Below, one piece after another: positions 44,304 through 51,324 of a stretch of 51,324 bases of DNA. The position numbers and the translations under genes are program-made. The notes beneath the pieces are model-generated. The model was not told where the DNA came from and ran no database searches. It saw only the letters and a program-made list of their open reading frames with translations. The DNA is taken from the IMG/VR virus record IMGVR_UViG_3300033076_000403, positions 1 to 51,324 of that record; one strand, 5' to 3'. The first letter of the stretch is position 1. Each line of letters begins with the position of its first letter. This stretch comes from a virus (Duplodnaviria; Caudoviricetes).

Positions 44304-46813
44304 TTAGGCTCCTTCTTAGAGGGTTGAGGTCTTTGTTGTTGCTGCGCTTGGCGCTGCTGGCGCATTTGAGCGTGATGTTTGGCAGCGTCGATACCCATGC
44401 GGACCCCATCGACCTCTGTTTGGCGATTGAGCTTGTCCTTGGCAGCGGCGGCGGTGGCACCCACCTGCATGGCCGCGATCTCTTTCTGGGCGTTGATGCG
44501 CTGCTGCTCCAACAACAGCCGTGCGTTTTTCTCGGCGGCTTCTTGCTGTTGCTTCTGAGCCTTGAGCTGCAACTCTTGCTGCTTGAGCTGGAGTTCTTGC
44601 ATCTGCATCTGGACCACGGGGTCCTGCATCTGCTGCTGCGCGGCTTGCTGTTGAGCTGCCTGTGTTTGTTGCTGAGCGATCTGCTGGGTCGCCTGAGCCG
44701 CCATGATGGCGATCTGGTCGGCCATCTCGTCCGGAATCTGCGGAGCCTCGCCCGCGCCCTCGCGGTACTTGTCGTAGTTCGGCAGTGCCTTACCAATCAT
44801 CTGCTCGACCTGCAAGCGATACTCAAACGCCATGTGCTCGTTAATGTGAGCCATCATCGCTGCGATCTGCTGCTGGCCAGCCGGGTTTTGTTGCGCCATC
44901 TGCTGCACCATCGGCGACTGGATAAACGCCTCGTGGGAGGCGATGTGCGCTTGGTGGTTCTGCTGTACAAACGCCTTGAGCGGTTTACCTGTGATGCAGT
45001 CTTGGTTCTCCTGCACGGGGTCCACCGGTACAGCGTCGTCCTCGATGGGAATCAGCTTGTTGGCGTTCTTGATGCCCAACACCTCCAACATCTGGCGGTG
45101 CAACAGCGGCAGGTTGTACAACTGCGGCGCACTCTGAGCCAGCTGCAAGGCAGCTTGGTATGTCACGATCTTCTGCGCCATCGTCGCGGCGTTGGGATCA
45201 GACACAGGGATCACGTCCACCATGTCATAGTCTTCACGGCGTGCGGAGCGACGGCCATCAACCGGCTGGTAGTCGTAGTCTTCCGGAGCGTAGTCGGCGA
45301 TGATGACCTTCAAGAGTTTGAACTCTTGCTTCATGGCGAAGTGGATGCGCGACTGCACAGCCGTCATCACCTTCAGGGTGCGCTCAAGGATGGCGAGGGT
45401 TGTTCCGACAGGAGCTTGGCTGCTCATGTCGCTGACCTTCATGTCTCCACTGGAAGCGAACGCCCGACCCTCTTGAACGATCTGATTGAACAGCGTGTAG
45501 AGAACTTGGCTGGGTTCTTTGTAGGGGAGCGGCAGGATGTTGTCGCGGATCGAACCTGACGGGACGTCTACGTCCCTGAATTCGCCCGGTTGAATCGGTG
45601 TGTCATCACCTTTAACGCGCAGGCCACGTGACTTGAGACCGCCGGGGAGGTTAGACAATGTGCCCGCGTCAACCAATTGGCGGATGAGCATGGTAGCGGA
45701 CTTAGCATAACCACCAATAAGATGGATGAGTCCGTATCCGTAGAAGCCGAAGCCGGGGATGTATTGGTAGTGGACAAAGTGCTGTCGCTTGAGGTGGAGT
45801 TTGTCTCCTTCATACCAATTCCTCCGGATGGCCAGAATAGTCTGGGTGCCCTTCTCGATAGTCACCACGTATGGCAGGGCGATGCCTGTCTTATTGCCGT
45901 CTTTGTCTTTGTCCTCGAAGCCCGGCAGGTCCAAGAGCACGTGCATCTCAAGAATACGATAGCGATCATCTTGGATCGCTGAGAGGCCCATCTCTTCAGC
46001 TTTTTGCTTCTCAATGTCGTCGAGCTGGTACGACGGCTCGCCCAACTCCACGTCCATGTAGAACCCAGCCTCTTGCAGTCGAATAACCTCCTGTTCGGTT
46101 TTGCGCATCACATGCGTCACGCGCTCGGAGTCCTCGATGTTTGAACTGCCATACGGAACAACAATGTCCTCGGCGGGAATGAACATCGCCACTTGGCGGC
46201 CTTTGCTCGGGTCGTAGTAGACCTTCTTGAACGCAGAGCCTGTGATCGGCAGCGCCCACAAGAGCCGCTCGTGCTCCGAGCGATACTCAGACATCACTTC
46301 CGTGAGCTGGTAGTTCATGTCCTCTTTGACGCGCAGCGCCGCTTCTTCGCGCAGCTTGTCGATGGCACCCACGATCTGCGTCTTCACCGGCCCCATCGCA
46401 GGGAATGTCTCCTGCATCGCCTCAGACTGGAAGCGCACAACACTCTCAGTCAGCATGGGGTGGAACACGCCGCATGCACCTTGCCACGGCTCGGTACGCT
46501 CCTCATACTTGAGACCCAAGAGCTTAAGGCCATCGACGTAGGTTTGTATCCAGTCCTTGCGGTCGTTGATGTCTTTGTCAAAGTCACCAACCAGATCAGT
46601 CACCAAAGCCGCCAAGTCCTTGTCGTCCATGTACTCGGCGAGGTTGGCATCAAAGTCTTCAGCAGTTTCTTTGCGTGGTTCTAGGTCAATCTCGATGCCA
46701 CCCAGACCGATGTGTACCGACTCAGGGTCCTCGATTTCGATCTCCATGTCGGGGCCCATTTCATCTGTGGGCATACCTTCCGGGGCTGCGTACAAACCTT
46801 TTGCGATGTCCAT
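44300..46813 (-). CDS. portal protein (P22-like, long C-terminal barrel)
   Basis: 837 aa after TerL; GSAFKKVYYD, YGYGLIHLIG, RQLVDAGTLSN, APVGTTLA; Gln-rich C-terminal helix. Confidence 0.9.
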   Translation of the reverse strand: MDIAKGLYAAPEGMPTDEMGPDMEIEIEDPESVHIGLGGIEIDLEPRKETAEDFDANLAEYMDDKDLAALVTDLVGDFDKDINDRKDWIQTYVDGLKLLGLKYEERTEPWQGACGVFHPMLTESVVRFQSEAMQETFPAMGPVKTQIVGAIDKLREEAALRVKEDMNYQLTEVMSEYRSEHERLLWALPITGSAFKKVYYDPSKGRQVAMFIPAEDIVVPYGSSNIEDSERVTHVMRKTEQEVIRLQEAGFYMDVELGEPSYQLDDIEKQKAEEMGLSAIQDDRYRILEMHVLLDLPGFEDKDKDGNKTGIALPYVVTIEKGTQTILAIRRNWYEGDKLHLKRQHFVHYQYIPGFGFYGYGLIHLIGGYAKSATMLIRQLVDAGTLSNLPGGLKSRGLRVKGDDTPIQPGEFRDVDVPSGSIRDNILPLPYKEPSQVLYTLFNQIVQEGRAFASSGDMKVSDMSSQAPVGTTLAILERTLKVMTAVQSRIHFAMKQEFKLLKVIIADYAPEDYDYQPVDGRRSARREDYDMVDVIPVSDPNAATMAQKIVTYQAALQLAQSAPQLYNLPLLHRQMLEVLGIKNANKLIPIEDDAVPVDPVQENQDCITGKPLKAFVQQNHQAHIASHEAFIQSPMVQQMAQQNPAGQQQIAAMMAHINEHMAFEYRLQVEQMIGKALPNYDKYREGAGEAPQIPDEMADQIAIMAAQATQQIAQQQTQAAQQQAAQQQMQDPVVQMQMQELQLKQQELQLKAQKQQQEAAEKNARLLLEQQRINAQKEIAAMQVGATAAAAKDKLNRQTEVDGVRMGIDAAKHHAQMRQQRQAQQQQRPQPSKKEPK

Positions 46814-46822
46814 GTTTCGTCC

Positions 46823-48355
46823 TTACACTGTGTAGTACCGCTCCCTGCGGTAACCTTTGAACCACTTAATATCTTCAGGCTCGTCCACTGGGAGTCTGAG
46901 GAACCCGCCCTGACGGAATCTCATCAAGGCCAATGTCGTCGCGTCCACCAAGTCATCGTGCTCGCCTGACGGGAACGCAGCAATCTCATCCACTAATTCT
47001 TCGGCCCAGCGCGTGCGTGGGACCCATACCTTGCCAGAGGCGATCAAGTCCGAGACGCTGTTTAGTCTCGCAATCTTATCCTGCCCCTTGCTGGGCGTAA
47101 ACTCCTGCACGGGGATACCCATCGCTCTGAGCTCATAGATCAGCGGCGCACCCGACGCTTTCTTCTCGATGATGACGGTGTCAGGCTCGTAGTTCTGATA
47201 TTCGTCGAGCACATCTTTCTTGAGGTCCGGAAACTCCACCCGCTTCTTATATGTGTTCAAGAGGATCACGTTGGGCCGGTTGCCGTCCTTGGGGTTCTGA
47301 AACACACCCCACGTCGTCCCCGCTGAGTAGTCGGCACGCTGGGTTTTCTCAAAGGCCGTGTCCCATGATTGAAGAATGAACTCGCACACCGGTGGCTCAT
47401 CCTCCTCCCACCACTGCCACCAGTCTCGTTTGACGATGGCACTCTCATTCCCGACAGGGTTCTGCTGATACTGCGCCTGCCACTTGGCGTTTGGCAGTTC
47501 TTCTTTCAGCGCAGAGAGCTCCTCGATGGACCAAAACTGTGGCCATAGGGGATTACCCGAGGGTAGGATCGCTGGGAACTCGATGACCTCCCACTCTTCG
47601 CCGCCGCGCTGTGCGCTCGCCTTGAGAACTTGGCCAGTCAAATCACGCTGGGCCCACCGAGTCATCACGATCACAATCGCCCCACCCGGCTGCAGACGCT
47701 GGCGCGGCCCGGAGGTGTACCACTCATAGACCTTGTCATACACATCTGGGTTCACCGCCGCCATCGCAGCTTCTTGTTCTGAGTGCGGGTCGTCAATGAT
47801 GAGGATGTCCGCGCCTTTACCGGTCACAGCACCGCCAACACCAATAGCGAAGTAGTCGCCACCCTTGGATGTGTTCCATCTACCGGCTGCTTTGGAGTCG
47901 GAGCTTAATGAGAGGTCGGGGAATATCTCGTGGTACACCTCAGTATCCACCAAGTTCCGCACCTTACGACCAAAACCCACCGCAAGTTCAGCGGTGTGGC
48001 TGGTCTGGATCACTTTTTTGTGGGGGAACCGCCCCAAAAACCAAGCCGGTAGTAAATATGAGGCGAATTCTGACTTCGTATGTCGTGGCGGCATGTTAAT
48101 GATGAGCCTTTTGCACCGGCCATCGGCCACACGCTCGAAAGCTTCCGCCATTCTCTTGTGGTGTGCACCCGAAATGAACGTCGGCCACACTTTTTCCACG
48201 AATTTGATGAATTTGGTCTGGGCAAGCTCCCTGTCTTTGAGCTTTTCCAGCTTGATGAGCTGCGCTTCGAGCGTGCGCAGGTCCGTATCGGTCAGTTTCC
48301 CCGAGTCAATCAGGGCTTCAATGTCTCTGAGAGTGACTTCACTCACCGTTTTCAC
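46823..48355 (-). CDS. terL: terminase large subunit
   Basis: NMPPRHTKS Walker A, ILIIDDP Walker B, VMTRW, QSWDTA, IEKKASG, HDDLVDA nuclease motifs. Confidence 0.95.
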   Translation of the reverse strand: MKTVSEVTLRDIEALIDSGKLTDTDLRTLEAQLIKLEKLKDRELAQTKFIKFVEKVWPTFISGAHHKRMAEAFERVADGRCKRLIINMPPRHTKSEFASYLLPAWFLGRFPHKKVIQTSHTAELAVGFGRKVRNLVDTEVYHEIFPDLSLSSDSKAAGRWNTSKGGDYFAIGVGGAVTGKGADILIIDDPHSEQEAAMAAVNPDVYDKVYEWYTSGPRQRLQPGGAIVIVMTRWAQRDLTGQVLKASAQRGGEEWEVIEFPAILPSGNPLWPQFWSIEELSALKEELPNAKWQAQYQQNPVGNESAIVKRDWWQWWEEDEPPVCEFILQSWDTAFEKTQRADYSAGTTWGVFQNPKDGNRPNVILLNTYKKRVEFPDLKKDVLDEYQNYEPDTVIIEKKASGAPLIYELRAMGIPVQEFTPSKGQDKIARLNSVSDLIASGKVWVPRTRWAEELVDEIAAFPSGEHDDLVDATTLALMRFRQGGFLRLPVDEPEDIKWFKGYRRERYYTV

Positions 48356-48950
48356 CCTCTACAGCTTCCTTGAGCGCCTCTTCGGGGGTCTTTTCTTCCT
48401 TGCGCTTGTCGATTCCGTCCAGTTCGTCGATCAAATTGGCTGTTACGTCGGTCACGTCAGCGTTCAGTAAGCGTTTGACACGCTCCTTGATGGACTTTTC
48501 GAGGGCTGAAGACGTCGTGTGGTTGATGGTGATCTCGCTGCGCTCGGTGAAAAGCCCAATATCTGAGTGCTTTCCTAGTAATTCCAGCGCCTTCAATTCC
48601 GTTTTTGGGTCCCCGCAGTTGGCTATGGACACCAATTTGTTCGTGATGAAGTTTCTGGCTTGCATCGCATCAGCAAACGCTTGGAAATCAAACTCACGAA
48701 TGAGTGCGTGTGCCGCAGCAGCCTCTGCCGACTTTGTTACGTGCCGTGGGTTGTTGGGCTTGTTGGTGCCCGTGATGAGACTCGCAGCTTTGTGCAGGTC
48801 GTTGTTGTCGTAATGAATGTCCCCGCCGAGCTCCTTGATGAGATCAGCGGTGTTGATTGCCGTCGCTACAGCATCCTTATGCGTCTTGGGTTCCTCATCA
48901 CTGAGGTCAAACGGGACTGGATGTTCCGCAGTAGGCTCAACAGGAATCAT
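48339..48950 (-). CDS. putative terminase small subunit
   Basis: Directly upstream of and overlapping TerL; ELKALELLGKHSDIGLF motif; TAAGG RBS. Confidence 0.65.
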   Translation of the reverse strand: MIPVEPTAEHPVPFDLSDEEPKTHKDAVATAINTADLIKELGGDIHYDNNDLHKAASLITGTNKPNNPRHVTKSAEAAAAHALIREFDFQAFADAMQARNFITNKLVSIANCGDPKTELKALELLGKHSDIGLFTERSEITINHTTSSALEKSIKERVKRLLNADVTDVTANLIDELDGIDKRKEEKTPEEALKEAVEGENGE

Positions 48951-49236
48951 ATTGTGTGCACCTTAGTGAAAAGGGAGGTTGGGTCGAAATGTAACAGAAC
49001 ATATATAGGGTATGCAAATTTTTTCTTTGGGTCCCCTTGACGGGGGGTTTCTATAGAAATTAGCGAAATTAGTCTGACAGCATAATTTGAAGGGGGAGGG
49101 GGGTATTGTTATGAAAACGCTGAACCTTGTGATCGGGTGTGTGGAACAGTGTGTATAGGACCCGTACCTCCTTTTGCTGTGGTTTTGGGTGGGTGGGGTC
49201 TTATATTTGTAAGGTTTATTTTTCTTTCCCTTAGAC

Positions 49237-49266
49237 TTGCATTTTGTACCACAATTAAGATATAAT
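49237..49266 (+). promoter_or_regulatory. sigma70 early promoter
   Basis: TTGCAT-18 bp-TATAAT upstream of the 49356 gene. Confidence 0.7.
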
Positions 49267-49355
49267 CCAGACATGAAACAAACAAAGGGTTTGCTTCTAG
49301 GTTGATAAGAACCTGCATCCCGCGAATCTTATATTTGTAAGAAAAGGTTAGAAAT

Positions 49356-49847
49356 ATGTCAGAAATCAAAGTATTGAATGGTGTTGCAATGGCCGCTGAG
49401 GTCACCGAGCTTGACGTGGCGCGCAAGGCAGTCGGCGAGGGTTTCAAGAAAACCGGCGAGGTTATCTCAGCGTATGCCAAAGCATGCACAAAGGCTTTCG
49501 GTGCTGAGTGGTGGAACGCCAAAGGCGAGACTGGCAAGGCGGTCAAGGCTGAACGCGATAAGTTCTTTTCGATGGGCGAAACTCAGTTGGCATGGACAAA
49601 GAACAACTGCTACCAGCAATGGTTGCGCGTCCAACTGGCCGCTGGCCGTCCTGAGAAAACCAAAGCGCCCCAGCTTGTCGGCGGCAACGATATCGACGGC
49701 AAGACAATCAGCGAACTAAAGACAATCCTGAATCGCATCTTAGGCGCCGATGCCGATGAGTGCCCGAAGTCCCAACTGGCCAAGCGCCACCTGATTGACG
49801 CCGCCGAAGCGTTGGGCATCGACACCGCGACAGAACTCAAACACTAA
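49356..49847 (+). CDS. early hypothetical protein
   Basis: 163 aa with its own promoter, AAGG RBS and terminator. Confidence 0.8.
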   Translation: MSEIKVLNGVAMAAEVTELDVARKAVGEGFKKTGEVISAYAKACTKAFGAEWWNAKGETGKAVKAERDKFFSMGETQLAWTKNNCYQQWLRVQLAAGRPEKTKAPQLVGGNDIDGKTISELKTILNRILGADADECPKSQLAKRHLIDAAEALGIDTATELKH

Positions 49848-49866
49848 GCCCTACCAACTAACCCAC

Positions 49867-49892
49867 AAGCCCGCCACTCGGCGGGCTTTTTT
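49867..49892 (+). terminator. rho-independent terminator
   Basis: AAGCCCGCC-ACTC-GGCGGGCTT followed by TTTT. Confidence 0.88.
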
Positions 49893-49961
49893 GCGTCCAT
49901 GTCTTATAAATATAAGATCAGCCCTGCAATGTTATATTTTCTAGCGCAACCCCAGAGGCTG

Positions 49962-50050
49962 AGGCATACCAGTTCTCAGGATAGGCTTAGAGGCTCGATG
50001 GTAATGTTACGTTTCTGGGCAAGGCATACCAGTTCTCAGGGTAGGCTTAG
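49962..50050 (+). repeat. 29-bp direct repeat pair with a 31-bp spacer
   Basis: AGGCATACCAGTTCTCAGG(A/G)TAGGCTTAG at 49962-49990 and 50022-50050. Confidence 0.9.
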
Positions 50051-50544
50051 CGGGCTGGCCTTACAAAAATAAGATTGTTACGGGTTTTGTTACGTTTTTT
50101 GGGTTTCATAACAGAATTTGTAACGCGCCAAATGGCTTAACCATGCGGTTTTTCGGTGTGTTTTTAAACATTGGATTAAAGTTATGCGATTTTTGAAGAT
50201 TAAGCAAGCGTGTCCGCGAACGAAGCTCTCAGCAAGTGTGCAGTTTTCCCCCCACAAAAAATCCCCCGCCGCACTCTCATTTTCTATTTTTATTAAACAT
50301 TTATTTATTTATTTAAAAACCATGATAAAATCCGCGTGGTTGAGCCAAACACCGCGTTACAAATGTTGTTATGAAACCACTTTTCCCTCGTAACAACGTA
50401 ACATTCCGAACGTAACATTCCCAACCCCTCAAACCACAGGAAAACGTAACAATGCCAAACCTCCACGATTTCATCATGGCCACCGCAAAACGTAACAATG
50501 CAAGCGGCAACACCGACCCCAACACCAAGCCCAAAAACGTAACA
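50005..50544. repeat. iteron-like CGTAACA heptamers
   Basis: TGTTACG at 50005, 50076, 50088; CGTAACA at 50389, 50397, 50411, 50445, 50491, 50538. Confidence 0.8.
50102..50378. repeat. 67-bp imperfect inverted repeat around a core with an AT-rich tract (candidate origin)
   Basis: Arms 50102-50168 and 50312-50378 align without gaps at 51/67 positions. Confidence 0.85.
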
Positions 50545-51000
50545 ACCCGAGACGGTAGCAAACACATAACAACCCGAGACGATGCCAAGTTCCGAATCTC
50601 CAGCGGCATGACCCTTGCCGTATCAACCGCCCTGCACGACCAACTCCAACGCTACTGCACCGCGAACCCCCGTGCCCACAAAACCACCGGAGAACTCAAA
50701 CCCATGTCCACGGCCAAGGCCATTCGATACGCTGTGTACGAAGCACTCAACGACCCATCCAAACTCAAACCCCGACCCAAGCTGCTGCCCTCTTTTGTAC
50801 TGGCCCCAACCCGTGACCAACACCTGAGCTGGACGTTCGACAAGAAGCAAGACCGCGAACCATTCGACACCCTCTGCAAATCCCTCGGACTCACTGCCTC
50901 TGCTTTCACCCGCCGAGCCATCTACCTATTCACGAAAGACCACGCCGACCCTGACGCAAAGACCCACATGCAAGCGGCCAGCGATGGGTGGGAAACTTGA
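50452..51000 (+). CDS. putative tandem ribbon-helix-helix DNA-binding protein
   Basis: MTLAVSTALHDQLQRYC..STAKAIRYAVYEAL and LSWTF..FDTLCKSLGLTASAFTRRAIYLF resemble CopG/Arc RHH units; start position uncertain. Confidence 0.55.
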   Translation: MPNLHDFIMATAKRNNASGNTDPNTKPKNVTTRDGSKHITTRDDAKFRISSGMTLAVSTALHDQLQRYCTANPRAHKTTGELKPMSTAKAIRYAVYEALNDPSKLKPRPKLLPSFVLAPTRDQHLSWTFDKKQDREPFDTLCKSLGLTASAFTRRAIYLFTKDHADPDAKTHMQAASDGWET

Positions 51001-51025
51001 CAATACCATAACATTGTGGTACAAT
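50997..51025 (+). promoter_or_regulatory. near-consensus sigma70 promoter
   Basis: TTGACA-17 bp-TACAAT with extended -10 TG. Confidence 0.8.
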
Positions 51026-51085
51026 ATAAGAAAACATGAAAACGAAACCCACAAACCCAAATCTTATATTTGTAAGGAGAGCGAC

Positions 51086-51322
51086 ATGGCAGACTTTGAA
51101 TGGATGGAATGTGAGCAGTGCGGTGACGATGTGCACATCGAACGCTGGAAGCTGGGGTATCGGTATTGCAAGTTCTGCGGTGAAGAGATGGCCCGTGCCG
51201 AACGAGCCTCGTGGTGCATCATCCAAGAATACGGCAAGGGCAACTATCAGTACGTAACACCTACGTCAGCATACACAACCCTTCAGAACACTAACCAGAA
51301 GCACACCCGAGGCCAGCTGTGA
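51086..51322 (+). CDS. DksA/TraR-type C4 zinc-finger protein
   Basis: ATG 51086 after TAAGGAG; CEQCGDDVHIERWKLGYRYCKFC. Confidence 0.7.
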   Translation: MADFEWMECEQCGDDVHIERWKLGYRYCKFCGEEMARAERASWCIIQEYGKGNYQYVTPTSAYTTLQNTNQKHTRGQL

Positions 51323-51324
51323 CC

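Larger units (their letters stand above)
49199..51076. promoter_or_regulatory. five copies of palindromic operator-like box CTTAY-W4-RTAAG
   Basis: Copies at 49199-49213, 49325-49341, 49902-49917, 50060-50076 (reverse) and 51060-51076. Confidence 0.7.

Noticed and set aside
44324-45559. 411-aa Leu-rich plus-strand ORF and similar antisense ORFs across the late region
   Set aside because: Reverse complement of Gln-rich (CAG) portal codons; not independent genes
48963-49274. 103-aa ORF and other ORFs in 49900-50450
   Set aside because: They overlap promoters, operators and repeats, have biased composition and lack an RBS; the regions are best read as non-coding
49962-50050. Bona fide CRISPR array
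   Set aside because: Only two repeats, no internal palindrome or GAAA(C/G) end, and no cas operon; kept only as a low-confidence finding
1-51324. Integrase/att sites, tRNAs, stop-codon reassignment
   Set aside because: No recombinase motifs or cloverleafs recognised by eye; genes are intact and densely packed under the standard code with all three stop codons in use

Overview
Most of a tailed dsDNA bacteriophage genome, probably podovirus-like. The evidence is a P22-type portal with a Gln-rich barrel, large internal/ejection proteins, no tape measure or tail tube, and a Mu gpT/HTVC010P-type major capsid. It resembles uncultured freshwater proteobacterial phages, but the host is only inferred. 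Plus strand 1-9942 is a replication module: family A DNA polymerase (Leu762 type), Cas4-like nuclease, HNH-like protein, SNF2 helicase, putative SSB, Cro-like HTH and a primase-DUF927 helicase. Minus strand 10025-48950 is the late morphogenesis region: terminase, portal, GroES-like protein, scaffold, capsid, about 11 small mostly basic proteins, adaptors, two paralogous LamG/SPRY tail proteins, a GH19 lysis cassette, a nozzle protein and three ejection proteins. 48960-51324 is a regulatory/origin-like region with sigma70 promoters, five palindromic operator-like boxes, iteron-like repeats, a 67-bp imperfect inverted repeat and early genes. Most notable: (1) a recurring [YFML]xxGG peptide motif shared by the small basic proteins and the ejection proteins, a candidate capsid-loading or processing signal; (2) a CFI-box-like domain inside a virion protein; (3) a pseudoknotted RNA downstream of the capsid gene; (4) the symmetric origin-like element. 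No integrase, tRNA, rRNA or true CRISPR array was seen. All family assignments come from reading motifs by eye, not from database searches.
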